A stretch of DNA of 64,000 bases from Gemmatimonadota bacterium (lineage in GTDB: Bacteria; Gemmatimonadota; Gemmatimonadetes; Gemmatimonadales; Gemmatimonadaceae): the NCBI GenBank assembly GCA_040389905.1, contig JAZJZK010000005.1:96001-160000 (forward strand), given 5' to 3'. This document shows, one piece after another, positions 17,874 through 35,140 of this stretch (position 1 is the stretch's first letter; each line of letters starts with the position of its first letter). Below the pieces are notes generated by a model, which was given only the letters and a program-made list of their open reading frames with translations, had not been told where the DNA came from and searched no databases. The position numbers and the translations under genes were made by a program.

Positions 17874-19574
17874 TCACCCCACCTGCGACGGCTCCAGCTT
17901 CTCCAGGCTGCCCCCCAACATCATCATGATCGCGTAGGCTTCGGCGGCGAGAATCCCACCGCTCACGATCCCGACGAACGGAAATGCGACGAGCGGCAAT
18001 GAGCGCCAGTAGAAGTACCCACCCGCGCCAACCGCCGCCGGCACGATGAGCAGCACAAACAGCATGAACAGCGTGATGATCATCACGAGCATCGTCTGCC
18101 CGACCGCTTCGATGCCGTTCGTTCCGCCCTCGCCCATGCGCACCCACGCAGGAAAGAGCAACGCAAGGCCATTATGAATGGTGAAGTTGGCCAGGTTGAT
18201 TCCCAGTAGCAGAATGGGCGCTCCCATCAGGATCCCGATCCGCATCTCCAGCGGGAGCGGAACCTTGGGCAAAAACGACAACGCCAGTATTCCGGAAATC
18301 GAGAGAAGAAACTGCATGATGGCGGTCGGGGACGAACTGCTGGCGATCTCCGCGAGCATGATCTGACGACCGCGCAACGGCATCGTCTTCAGCATCGGCA
18401 GTCGCGTCAGTGCTCCGCGAAGGTCGTTGCGAATCGTCATCGGACCGAAAATGACGGTCACAAAAATCAGCGCGAAGCTGGTAACCGCCACCATGATCTC
18501 GCCCAATTCCGTTCGGCCCTTGAAGACGATTGCGAGGAGGGCACACAGTAGCGGCAGCCCGATCAGCGTTCGCGTCATCCCCGTCCGCATGAGGAAGAGG
18601 TAGTTCTTCCAGATGATCGCGACGGATCGAGGCCCCGTCGGCGCCAGCCGAATGGTCCGCCGGTTCACCTTCGTATTCAACACCGCGCCGCTCACACCGC
18701 GCGAGCGCAGGTCGGCCAGGCGCTTGGCTTGCTTGACCGATGCCTCGGCCGCCGCTTCCTCGAACTGCGAGTCGGTGCGAAGGACCCAGATGATGTGCAA
18801 TGCGAACAGCGCCACGGCGCCAAGCATGGCCTGCGCCCACGCTGCCCCATGTTCGGCGAACGCCGGCGCGACGGCGAGGCGGAATGGGAATAGAACCCAG
18901 CTGACTGGAGGGCTTGTCATGACGCCAACGATCGCTGTCGCGGCAGCGCCACCACTCGCGGCGTTCGAGAGCGCATCCCGAACACCGTAGAACCCGAACG
19001 CAATCGCCGCCGCCGCGGAAACGAACAGCAGAATCGCCACCCAATTCTTGCGGAACCCCGCTGTACCATGCTCGCCGCTCGATGCGCGCACGAGCGCTAC
19101 GCCGAGGCGATGGGTATTGATGATGGAGAGGACGACCCAGTAGCTCAGTGCGCGCTCGACGCTTCCGCCCTTGCCGCGAAAGATGACGACCCAGATCAGG
19201 GTCGTCGTCAATACGGCCGCTTGCGCGCGCGCAAGCTTGTAGAGAATCAGCGCACGCCGCGATACCGGAGCGGTGAAGAGCAGCGAGACTTCCGCTTGCG
19301 TGAATGCCAGCGCCTGCGCGTCGGTCCCGACGATCCAGAAATAGGAGATCACGACGAAGAGGAGGAGCGGCACCAACTGGCCGAACAGATCCGACGCGAA
19401 GGGATTGGGGGCGCCGGCGCGCTGACTCCGGGTCTGGTTGAAGAAGACCATCCAGAAGTAGCCGAGCCCGAGCAGCAGCGCGATCGCATACCGTGGGTTC
19501 TTCACGCGCTTGATCTGCGACAGCACCTTGTTTCTCGTGCTTGTCGCGATGAGATACGCGAATGCAGCGATCAT
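17874..19574 (-). CDS. Putative ABC exporter membrane subunit
   Basis: Many TM segments; F..AE...LF.AP.SRR.LI.YKL and RNDLR......LK..P; ATGA overlap with the ATPase gene. Confidence 0.8.
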   Translation of the reverse strand: MIAAFAYLIATSTRNKVLSQIKRVKNPRYAIALLLGLGYFWMVFFNQTRSQRAGAPNPFASDLFGQLVPLLLFVVISYFWIVGTDAQALAFTQAEVSLLFTAPVSRRALILYKLARAQAAVLTTTLIWVVIFRGKGGSVERALSYWVVLSIINTHRLGVALVRASSGEHGTAGFRKNWVAILLFVSAAAAIAFGFYGVRDALSNAASGGAAATAIVGVMTSPPVSWVLFPFRLAVAPAFAEHGAAWAQAMLGAVALFALHIIWVLRTDSQFEEAAAEASVKQAKRLADLRSRGVSGAVLNTKVNRRTIRLAPTGPRSVAIIWKNYLFLMRTGMTRTLIGLPLLCALLAIVFKGRTELGEIMVAVTSFALIFVTVIFGPMTIRNDLRGALTRLPMLKTMPLRGRQIMLAEIASSSSPTAIMQFLLSISGILALSFLPKVPLPLEMRIGILMGAPILLLGINLANFTIHNGLALLFPAWVRMGEGGTNGIEAVGQTMLVMIITLFMLFVLLIVPAAVGAGGYFYWRSLPLVAFPFVGIVSGGILAAEAYAIMMMLGGSLEKLEPSQVG

Positions 19575-20311
19575 GCGGTAGGCGCCCGTTCGTCGGTGCC
19601 GGTGAGTTCGAGGAAGACGTCCTCGAGCGACTTCCCCGCGAGGTCGGGTCGGGTCGCCACGATGGATTCCAGGGTGCCGGAGGCGACGCAACTCCCGCGA
19701 CGAATGATGAACAAGCTCGTGCAGAGTTCTTCGACGAGCGTGAGCAGGTGGGAGCTGAGGATGACCGCGGCGCCGGCTTTTGCGCGGTTGGCGATGGTGG
19801 CACGCATGCGACGCATGCCGCCCGGATCGAGTCCGGTGAGCGGCTCATCGAGAATGAGCACCTTGGGATCGTGCAGGAGGCCGCAGGCAATCGCCAGCTT
19901 CTGCTTCATCCCGCGCGAAAGCTCGGTCGACATGGCTCGCCGCTTGTCGGCGATCTCGAGCTCATCGAGCAACGGTCCGATGCGCGACTCCACGTCAGCA
20001 ACGCCATACAGACGTCCGATGAAGCGTAGATGTTCGTCGACCGTGAGGTGATCGAACAAGTGCGGCTCGTCGGGAATGAACGCGAGCGCATCCTTGGCGG
20101 GCACCGGGTCCTTCTGGATATCATGGCCGGCGATCGTCACCGTGCCGAGCGAAGGCGCGATGATGCCTGAGAGGCATCGGAGGGTGGTGGTCTTGCCGGC
20201 TCCGTTGGGGCCGACCAGGCCAAGCACTTCGCCCGGATTCACCGTGAAGGAGATCCGGTCGACCGCCGTGAAATCGCCGTACTGGCGAGTCAATCCGTTG
20301 ACAGAAATCAT
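19571..20311 (-). CDS. ABC transporter ATP-binding protein
   Basis: GPNGAGKTT, LSRGMKQK signature, ILDEP, SSH. Confidence 0.95.
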   Translation of the reverse strand: MISVNGLTRQYGDFTAVDRISFTVNPGEVLGLVGPNGAGKTTTLRCLSGIIAPSLGTVTIAGHDIQKDPVPAKDALAFIPDEPHLFDHLTVDEHLRFIGRLYGVADVESRIGPLLDELEIADKRRAMSTELSRGMKQKLAIACGLLHDPKVLILDEPLTGLDPGGMRRMRATIANRAKAGAAVILSSHLLTLVEELCTSLFIIRRGSCVASGTLESIVATRPDLAGKSLEDVFLELTGTDERAPTA

Positions 20312-20392
20312 TGGTCGTGAGAAGGATGAGCGGGGGGGCTCTCGCGCAGAAGGAGGCTACTTCTCGGCACGGCCGGGCGTTAGGGTTGCAGA

Positions 20393-21550
20393 GTGACTAC
20401 TACGTCCTCACTACTTGATTGGTTTGCTATCGTTGCCCCCGGCCTCGAGCCGCTCGCCCTCCGCGAAGCGAGATCGCTTGGTTTGAACGCCAACCTCGAG
20501 GACGGGGGAATTGCGTGGAGTCGCGACGCCGAGTCGGGTCTGAGGGCGAATGCCGCGCTGCGGATTCCGTCGCGGGTGGTCGCTCGGCTCGCGAGCTTCG
20601 AGGCACGATCCTTTGCGGAGCTGGAGCGTCACGCGCGGAAGGTCGCGTGGTGGCGCGTCCTGCGCTCCGGCGACGCCGTCCGCTTTCGCGTCACGTGCAA
20701 GAAATCGAAGCTCTACCATTCGGATGCGGTGGCCCAACGGTTCGCGGATGCGGTGGTCAGGTCGATTCCAGGGGTTCGCGCCGAGGGTGGAAGCATCACG
20801 GACGACGAGGCGAATGAGGAGGAGGATGTCGCGCTCATCGTCGTCCGCGTCATGCGTGATGTGGTGACCGTGAGCGCTGACAGTTCAGGTGCATTGCTGC
20901 ATCGGCGAGGCTACCGGCAGGCTACTGCGAAGGCTCCGCTGCGTGAGACGATCGCAGCGGCGATGATTGCGGCGTCGGACTGGGACGGAACGTCGCCGCT
21001 GGTGGATCCGCTCTGTGGATCAGGCACGATTCCTATTGAAGCGGCGCTTCAGGCGCGAGGGATTGCTCCCGGAGCGCAGCGACGTTTTGCGATGGAGCGG
21101 TGGCCGACCGTTGAAGCTGGCCTCGGTGATCGGGTGCGCGCGGAGCTCAAGTCCCGAGAGCCACGCAATGGCCACCTCGTGATCGTCGGCAGCGACAGGG
21201 ACGCCGGTGCCATCGCCGCGGCGACATCGAACGCGGCACGCGCGGGCGTTGAAGGCGACGTCGCCTTTGCGATCCACTCCTTGTCGGCGGCGCGCTTTCC
21301 CAGCGCGTCGCGCGGCTGGGTGGTGACCAACCCTCCGTATGGCGTGCGGGTGGGCGACGCGGATCGCGTGCGGGATCTCTGGGCGCAGCTGGGAAATGTG
21401 CTTAGGGAGCGTACGCCGGGATGGCGCCTGGCGCTGCTTTCGCCGGATCCCATGCTCGACAGGCAGTTGAGAATTCCGCTCAAGGCCGTCGTGACGACCA
21501 GCAACGGCGGAATTCCGGTGCGAATCATGGTCGGCGACATCCCGTCATGA
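20393..21550 (+). CDS. THUMP-domain class I SAM-dependent RNA methyltransferase (RlmL-like)
   Basis: DSSG.LLH.RGYR, APLRET.AAA, DP.CGSGTIPIEAA, TNPPYG.R. Confidence 0.9.
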   Translation: MTTTSSLLDWFAIVAPGLEPLALREARSLGLNANLEDGGIAWSRDAESGLRANAALRIPSRVVARLASFEARSFAELERHARKVAWWRVLRSGDAVRFRVTCKKSKLYHSDAVAQRFADAVVRSIPGVRAEGGSITDDEANEEEDVALIVVRVMRDVVTVSADSSGALLHRRGYRQATAKAPLRETIAAAMIAASDWDGTSPLVDPLCGSGTIPIEAALQARGIAPGAQRRFAMERWPTVEAGLGDRVRAELKSREPRNGHLVIVGSDRDAGAIAAATSNAARAGVEGDVAFAIHSLSAARFPSASRGWVVTNPPYGVRVGDADRVRDLWAQLGNVLRERTPGWRLALLSPDPMLDRQLRIPLKAVVTTSNGGIPVRIMVGDIPS

Positions 21551-22017
21551 GCGACGGGCGAGTCGGGAGGATCGTGGGTCTCCAGCGTTCCGGCGGCGGT
21601 GTGCCGAAGCTACCGATCGAGCGCGCCGTTGTCGGATACGGCGGCATCGAGGGCGACTGGCAGCGCAATAGAAAACACCACGGCGGCCCGGATCGCGCGC
21701 TGTGTCTGTACTCGATGGAGCTGATCGAACCGTTGGTGCTCGAAGGTCACCCGATCTTTCCGGGCGCGATTGGAGAGAACGTGACGATCTCCTGCCTCGA
21801 TTGGCGGCTGGTGCAGCCGGGCGTGCGACTGCGACTCGGCGATGTAGAAGTCGAGGCGACAGCGTTCACGGTGCCGTGCAAGACGATCGCTGGGGCGTTC
21901 GCCGACGGGCGATTCGTGCGTGTGAGTGAGCAGCTCTTTCCCGGCTGGAGCCGCTTGTACGTGCGCGTGCTTCACCCGGGCGAAATTGCCGTGCACGATG
22001 CGGTGACAATCGGGTAG
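21547..22017 (+). CDS. MOSC domain-containing protein
   Basis: GGVPK, G..GD......HGG..RA.C.YS.E, GEN.T, PC; ATGA overlap. Confidence 0.88.
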   Translation: MSDGRVGRIVGLQRSGGGVPKLPIERAVVGYGGIEGDWQRNRKHHGGPDRALCLYSMELIEPLVLEGHPIFPGAIGENVTISCLDWRLVQPGVRLRLGDVEVEATAFTVPCKTIAGAFADGRFVRVSEQLFPGWSRLYVRVLHPGEIAVHDAVTIG

Positions 22018-22037
22018 AACAGCAAAGCACCAACAAG

Positions 22038-22101
22038 GAACGCGGATTGAGCGGATTGGGCCGATCGGATCTGATCCGCTCCATCCGCTCAATCCGCGTT
22101 C
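22038..22101. repeat. Palindromic repeat, GCGGAT/ATCCGC family (copy 2)
   Basis: gaacgcggattgagcggat...atccgctcaatccgcgttc is a near-perfect fold-back. Confidence 0.85.
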
Positions 22102-22145
22102 GTGGTCGATCTTCCTAAATGTGTAACAACAGATATTGATTTGAG

Positions 22146-22260
22146 TGCAACACCTTGATAATCAACGAGTTGCATGTGCCAGAGATGCATTCCACCACTG
22201 CCCGATTCTTGCAGAGTGAACTGCCGGCGCTCGAACGCCCGAGGTCGGCACGGTTATTGA
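22146..22260 (+). promoter_or_regulatory. Putative sigma54-type promoter region with overlapping inverted IHF-consensus sites
   Basis: AATCAACGAGTTG (22160-22172) and reverse-strand TATCAAGGTGTTG (22148-22160) both fit WATCAANNNNTTR. CGGCACGgttaTTGA at 22246-22260 resembles TGGCACG-N4-TTGC. Confidence 0.45.
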
Positions 22261-22376
22261 ACGGCCCGCCACGCGGCATTCTATTGTCAAAAAACTGTAG
22301 CGCATGTTCCAACCAAGGCTGCCACGGCTCGTCACCGTGGCCTTTCGCATCTGTTTCCCTTCAGAGGAGCTGACCT

Positions 22377-29587
<7,211 letters not shown>

Positions 29588-29603
<16 letters not shown>

Positions 29604-30460
29604 CCGGAGGCGAGCATCTTCCCGGACCGCCGTACGCGTACGATGCGGATCTCGAGCACATGGAGATTGAACTGCTCCTCGAGGGCGTGTTTCGTCACTA
29701 TGGATTCGATTTCCGTTCGTACGCGTATGCGTCCATTCGCCGCCGGCTGTGGAAGCGGGTGGAGGGCGAGGGGCTGCGCACGATTTCCGATCTGCAGGCC
29801 CGCATTCTCCACGATCAGGACGCCATGGAGCGATTGCTGCTCGACCTCTCGGTCAACGTCACCGCGATGTTTCGTGATCCGAGCTTTTACAAGGAGTTCC
29901 GGGAACACGTCGTGCCTGTCCTTCGCACGTACCCGTTCATCCGCATCTGGCATGCGGGCTGTTCGACGGGCGAAGAGGTGTACTCGATGGCGATCCTGCT
30001 CGAGGAAGAGGGCCTCTATGACCGCGCGCGGCTGTACGCCACCGACATCAATGATGTCGTGCTCCAACGCGCGAAACAGGGCATCTTCCCGCTCGACCGG
30101 ATGCAGGAATACACCGACAACTACATCCGCGCCGGTGGAAGCCGCTCGTTTTCGGAGTATTACACTGCGAAATACGATGGGGCGCTGTTTTCTCCGGCAC
30201 TCACCAGGAACGTCGTCTTTTCGCAGCACAACCTGGTGACTGACCGTTCGTTCGCCGAATTCCACGTCATCTTTTGCCGAAACGTGCTCATCTACTTCGA
30301 CAAGACGCTGCAGAATCGAGTCCACAAGCTGTTCTACGAATCACTCGTGATGTTCGGCGTGCTGGCGCTCGGCAGCAAGGAGTCACTCAAGTTCTCGCAG
30401 TATGAGCCGTGTTACGAGAAGCTCAGCCCGACGGAAAAGCTCTATCGGAAAGTCTATTGA
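29588..30460 (+). CDS. cheR: Protein-glutamate O-methyltransferase CheR
   Basis: [35 protein letters not shown]. Confidence 0.95.
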
Positions 30461-31062
30461 TGATTGACACTCGCGGAGTCGGTTACGATGTCGTGGTGGT
30501 CGGCACGTCCTGGGGCGGACTGGCCGCGCTGCGCACGCTCGTGAGCGGGCTCCCCGAATCGTTTCAAATGGCGGTCACACTGGTGCAGCACAGGCATCGG
30601 GATTCCGACCATCTGCTTCGCACGCTCTTGCAGGAGCGATCGATGCTCGAGGTGTGCGAGGTCGAGGACAAGATGCCGCTGGAGAATGGGCATATCTACG
30701 TTGCCCCACCCGACTATCACACGTTGGTGGAACCAGGCCACTTCTCGCTCAGCACCGAAGCCCCGGTGCGGTATAGCCGGCCGTCCATCGATGTGACCTT
30801 CATGTCGGCAGCGGACAGCTATGGTCATCGAACCGTTGGGGTCGTGCTCACGGGGGCAAACGGCGATGGCAGCCTGGGTCTGAAGCGCATTTCAGACCGC
30901 GGCGGTCTGGCGATCGTGCAGGACCCCGCAACGGCGGAAAGCGCAACGATGCCCGCGGCCGCGGCCAAGGCCGTCCCGCGCGCGAAAACAATGTCGCTCG
31001 AGGAGATGGTCCTGTTCCTCGCGCAACTACCGGCGGGCTCGCCGGAACGGGCTGACCGGTGA
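30460..31062 (+). CDS. cheB: CheB-type methylesterase, catalytic domain only (no receiver)
   Basis: GTSWGG (Ser), VQH (His), APPDYH, RPSIDV.F, LTGANGDG (Asp), QDP.TA..MP. Confidence 0.92.
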   Translation: MIDTRGVGYDVVVVGTSWGGLAALRTLVSGLPESFQMAVTLVQHRHRDSDHLLRTLLQERSMLEVCEVEDKMPLENGHIYVAPPDYHTLVEPGHFSLSTEAPVRYSRPSIDVTFMSAADSYGHRTVGVVLTGANGDGSLGLKRISDRGGLAIVQDPATAESATMPAAAAKAVPRAKTMSLEEMVLFLAQLPAGSPERADR

Positions 31063-32888
31063 ACACCGACATCGTCATCGCGGCGCCGCCGCTGCCGCTC
31101 GCTGTGGGCCTCCAGACCCTTCCCAGTGCCAGTGAGCCGGTGGAGATCCTCATTGTCGATGACCGGGCAGAGAATCTTCTGGCGCTCGAAGCCATCCTCG
31201 AGCCGCTCGGGCAAACGCTCGTGCGCGCCAATTCGGGCGATGAAGCGCTCCGGAAGCTGTTGACGCACAACGTGGCCATGATCCTCCTCGACGTACAGAT
31301 GCCGGGAATCAATGGCTTCGAAACGGCCCGCATCATCAAATCGCGGGAACGGACGAGATACATCCCGATCATTTTCCTCACCGCCATCAGCAAGGACGAG
31401 GAATATGTCTTCGAAGGCTATTCCGTCGGTGCAGTGGATTACCTGGCCAAGCCGTTTCAGCCGGACATCCTGCGCTCGAAGGTCAGCGTCTTCGTCGACC
31501 TGTACCAGAAGCAGCGTCAGCTCGCCGTGCAGCAGCAGTTGCTTACCGAAGGCGATCGTCGCGAGCTCGAACTTCGGCACATGCGCGAGATCTACGAGTC
31601 GGAGGCGCGCTTCTCCGAGATCGTCGGCTCAGCCATGGATGCGATCATCGCATTCGACACGGATGGCGCACTGACGCTCTTCAACACGGCGGCCGAGCGC
31701 ATGTTCGGTACGTCGGCGGCTAACGCACTCAAAGGCGATGTCAGGCGCTTCTTCCCCGAGAGCATGCGAGAGGACCTGCTCGACCGCATCTGCTCACATA
31801 CGGGCGGGCCAGACGCCCCCAGGGATCAGAGCTCGAACACACTGTCGCTGGTTGGCGCCCGCAACACCGGAGAGGAATTCCCTGTCGAGGCGACGGCGAG
31901 TTGCCTCGACGTGCGTGGCAAGAAGACGTACACGCTCATTGTCCGCGACATCTCGGAGCGGAAGCGGGCGGAGGACGAGCTGCAGGAGCAGGCGAAGTCG
32001 CTCGCGAACGCAATGACCGAGCTCAAGGCACTCAACGCCGAGTTGGCAGAGCGCCAGTCGGAGCTCGAGCGAGCCATGGCGGCGCGGAGCCGATTCTACG
32101 CGTCGATGAGCCACGAGTTGCGCACGCCGATCAATGCGGTGCTGGGGTACAGCACGCTGCTGCTCGAAAACATCTACGGCCCGCTCAACGACAAACAGGT
32201 CGAAGGCATCACGCGCACGCACAAAGCGGCGAAGCATCTGCTCGAGCTGGTCAACGATGTGCTGGATCTGTCGAAGATCGAAGCCGGCAAGATCGATCTG
32301 CGCCTACAGCCCGTGGTATTCCCCGCGCTGATCGAGGACCTGTTCGTCACCGTTCGTCCGCTCGCCGACCAATTCGGCTCGATGCTGTCTCACGAGCACG
32401 AGGGAGACCAGGTCAAGGTCATCAGCGACCCGCGGCGCGTGCGACAGATTCTCCTCAACCTGCTGTCGAACGCGATCAAGTTCGGACGCGGGCGACCAAT
32501 CCTCCTGCGCTCGATTCCCACCGAGCACGGAGGGATAGTCATCGAGGTGATCGACGAAGGGGAGGGCATTGCCGAGGCAGACCGCGAAAAGATCTTCGAC
32601 GAGTTCGTGCAGCTGGGTAAAACGCAGCTCACCGAAGGGACCGGGCTCGGCCTGCCGATCTCGCGGCGTCTCGCGGAGATGCTCAGTGGGCACTTGGAGA
32701 TCGAGTCCGAAGTCGGTAAGGGCAGTACCTTCCGCCTCACGCTGCCAGAGACAGCGGAAGCGTACATGCCGCGGAGCTCACGTCAGGTCGACCAGGAAGT
32801 CGTAGCCATGGCGCTCGATGAAAGACCGGAGCCGGCAAAGGATCGGAACGGGGCCGCTAGCGCTGCGGCCACGGTGAGTGAGCGATAG
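31059..32888 (+). CDS. Hybrid kinase REC-PAS-HisKA-HATPase
   Basis: ILIVDD...LLDVQMP...[34 protein letters not shown] overlap with cheB. Confidence 0.93.
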   Translation: MNTDIVIAAPPLPLAVGLQTLPSASEPVEILIVDDRAENLLALEAILEPLGQTLVRANSGDEALRKLLTHNVAMILLDVQMPGINGFETARIIKSRERTRYIPIIFLTAISKDEEYVFEGYSVGAVDYLAKPFQPDILRSKVSVFVDLYQKQRQLAVQQQLLTEGDRRELELRHMREIYESEARFSEIVGSAMDAIIAFDTDGALTLFNTAAERMFGTSAANALKGDVRRFFPESMREDLLDRICSHTGGPDAPRDQSSNTLSLVGARNTGEEFPVEATASCLDVRGKKTYTLIVRDISERKRAEDELQEQAKSLANAMTELKALNAELAERQSELERAMAARSRFYASMSHELRTPINAVLGYSTLLLENIYGPLNDKQVEGITRTHKAAKHLLELVNDVLDLSKIEAGKIDLRLQPVVFPALIEDLFVTVRPLADQFGSMLSHEHEGDQVKVISDPRRVRQILLNLLSNAIKFGRGRPILLRSIPTEHGGIVIEVIDEGEGIAEADREKIFDEFVQLGKTQLTEGTGLGLPISRRLAEMLSGHLEIESEVGKGSTFRLTLPETAEAYMPRSSRQVDQEVVAMALDERPEPAKDRNGAASAAATVSER

Positions 32889-32933
32889 CGCAGCTATTGC
32901 TACTATGGCCCAGTTGGCGCGCTTTGCCATAGA

Positions 32934-33022
32934 CGTCATCCCGAGCGAAGTCGAGGGATCTGCACGTTCAGTCTGGGCTGAGGTGCAGCCCCCTCGACTC
33001 GCTTCGCTCGCTCGGGGTGACA
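32934..33022. repeat. REP doublet (CGTC/TGTC-type)
   Basis: cgtcatcccgagcgaagtcgagggatctgcac-gttcagtctgggctgag-gtgcagccccctcgac...gctcggggtgaca. Confidence 0.9.
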
Positions 33023-33053
33023 AAGGTTGGAGCTGGCAGGTCAGCCCAATTAA

Positions 33054-34388
33054 TCAGAACTCGAAGCCTGCCGAGAAGTTGATGTGGTAGTTCGTGGCCG
33101 AACCCGCAGCGTACTTCGTGCTGATCCGCCGAATCTCTGCCCCGAACACAAGGGGGCCACTGGGACGGACCATCGCATAGCCGGCGCAGGCCTGATTCCG
33201 TAATCGTCCGCCAGCCGGAACATCCAACTCGCGTGGCATATCCGTTCCGCATCCTGCCCCGCCACGCGCCGTCGTCGATAGATCGACATTGAGCTGTGCC
33301 CAGCCACCCTTGTCGTCGAGTGGCGCCAAGCTCGCACCGACGTTCTGGCCAATCCCGCCACCACCGAGTCCTCGAAGCCCTCGGCCCGTAAATGCTTCGC
33401 CCTGCAGGTCTGCACGCGGGCCGAGCGTAAGTTTGGCATCGCATGCGAATGCATGCGTCCGAGCGCTGGGGTTGGACGGCGTCGTGAGCCATCCCACGTG
33501 GGCCCCGCAGCCGATCTCGCTCGGCATGTCCTCACCGCCAAATCGGGCGCGAACGCGGGATTCGAAGGCCGGTCGCCCAGAGCGTTCGGCGGGATCGACG
33601 TCGGTGTCGAATAACCCCACCGCGTCGCCATTGATGTTCGCCAGCATTGCACCCTGAATCCCGAGGCTGATGTCCCCCGCGGATTGGATGGTCGCGCGCA
33701 CTTGAGGGAGCCACAGCCACAGATTGCCAGCCGCCGCGAATGCCGGCGTGCCGATCGCGGCGGGGCTCACGGGATTCAGGCCAGAGACGAGTGGCATCTC
33801 CTGGCCGACGAGCAACTCGCCATGCGTCCACTTAACCGTACTCCGTGCCGTCCGAAGGCGCAGCAGCGGAAAGGTCCGCCCCCCGCTGCTCGGTTGCTGG
33901 CCGCCGAAGAAATCGACGTCGACGTCGCCCACGAAGTGGCCGCCAAGTACATCGCTGGCGGTGAGTACCGCGCCGAGTCGGGTCTGGCGAACAGTCAACG
34001 CCACAGGCGTCCCCGGTGCCGTCGCGGAAATGAGGGCGAACTGCGGATCGTCGGCGTTGTTCACACGCCCATCGTTCCGGAACGCATGCATGAGCACGCT
34101 GCCATTCAACTCGAGTTGCATACGGCTCCGAGTCGAGACGCCGGCAGATGCCTGATCGGCGACCTGCTGCTGAAGGACGGCGATCGCCTGTTCGGCTCTC
34201 CGGAGCCGCGCCGCAAGGGAGTCGGATGCGATGCGAGCAGAATCTGCGGCCGATGGGGTGCGCTGCGCGCCCAGCGGGGTAACACCAAGTCCGGCGGCGC
34301 CCAGAAACCAGATCATGGGCGCAACGCTTGACGCTAAGGGCCGTGTCAGCACACTGTTCAAGCGCGCCGCGGCGAAGAATGCGGTCAT
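33054..34388 (-). CDS. Putative outer-membrane beta-barrel porin (DcaP-like) with N-terminal coiled coil
   Basis: Leader ending A-Q; coiled coil LAARLRRAEQAIAVLQQQV; RQTRLG, D.DFFGG, LRLR.A and LL.GQ; amphipathic strands; C-terminal Phe (GFEF). Start may be further downstream (34316). Confidence 0.7.
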   Translation of the reverse strand: MTAFFAAARLNSVLTRPLASSVAPMIWFLGAAGLGVTPLGAQRTPSAADSARIASDSLAARLRRAEQAIAVLQQQVADQASAGVSTRSRMQLELNGSVLMHAFRNDGRVNNADDPQFALISATAPGTPVALTVRQTRLGAVLTASDVLGGHFVGDVDVDFFGGQQPSSGGRTFPLLRLRTARSTVKWTHGELLVGQEMPLVSGLNPVSPAAIGTPAFAAAGNLWLWLPQVRATIQSAGDISLGIQGAMLANINGDAVGLFDTDVDPAERSGRPAFESRVRARFGGEDMPSEIGCGAHVGWLTTPSNPSARTHAFACDAKLTLGPRADLQGEAFTGRGLRGLGGGGIGQNVGASLAPLDDKGGWAQLNVDLSTTARGGAGCGTDMPRELDVPAGGRLRNQACAGYAMVRPSGPLVFGAEIRRISTKYAAGSATNYHINFSAGFEF

Positions 34389-34412
34389 GTGGCTATTTGC
34401 AGGAGAAAAGGA

Positions 34413-35099
34413 ATGCAAAAACTCGCGATAGCTCGCCTCGTGGCGACACTGATGGTCCTCGGAGTTCCGGCGGTGCACGGACAAGGGGCGGTAACCGGAC
34501 AGGTGAACCTGCTCGAACGTCCGGGGGAGACGACAGAAGACCTCGCAGACGTCATCGTCTGGCTCGAGCCGACAGGCGCGACGAAGTCGCGTACGTCCGC
34601 GAGCACGACGACCATCCAGCTCCAGGGGCGCCAGTTTTCACCACGTGTCCGCGCCGTCACGGAAGGTAGCAAGGTCGAGTTTCCGAACCAAGATTCATTC
34701 AGCCACAACGTATTCTCGAAGCACCCGGATGGGGCGTTCGACACCGGCGTCTATGCCCGTGGACGGACGAAGGACCAGACCTTCAAGGAGTCGGGCATTT
34801 TTCCGATCTATTGCAATGTCCATCCGCGGATGACGGGCTACGTCGTCGTCCTCAAGACGCCATATTTTGCGCAGGCGAGCGATGACGGCCGTTTCAGTGT
34901 CGGCCGAGTACCGGCCGGCACGTATACAATGCACGTCTGGCACGACCGCGTGCCGATGGAGACGACGAAAGACGTGGTGGTGACTGCATCCGGGCTGGCG
35001 GTTGGTCGCGTAGAGATGGATGCGAAGGGCTATCGCTACGTCCAGCACAAGAACAAGTTCGGGCAGGAGTATACGAACGCCGCGGGCGATCGATACTAG
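34413..35099 (+). CDS. Secreted cupredoxin-like / carboxypeptidase-regulatory-like domain protein
   Basis: Signal peptide; F.N.D...HNVFS and YCNVHPRM (His...Cys-x2-His-x2-Met, type-1 Cu-like); DG.F....VPAG.Y...VWH; AGGAG RBS. Confidence 0.8.
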   Translation: MQKLAIARLVATLMVLGVPAVHGQGAVTGQVNLLERPGETTEDLADVIVWLEPTGATKSRTSASTTTIQLQGRQFSPRVRAVTEGSKVEFPNQDSFSHNVFSKHPDGAFDTGVYARGRTKDQTFKESGIFPIYCNVHPRMTGYVVVLKTPYFAQASDDGRFSVGRVPAGTYTMHVWHDRVPMETTKDVVVTASGLAVGRVEMDAKGYRYVQHKNKFGQEYTNAAGDRY

Positions 35100-35140
35100 C
35101 GGGCTTGTCGCTGGAACCACCTCACTTCGATCGGCACGAC

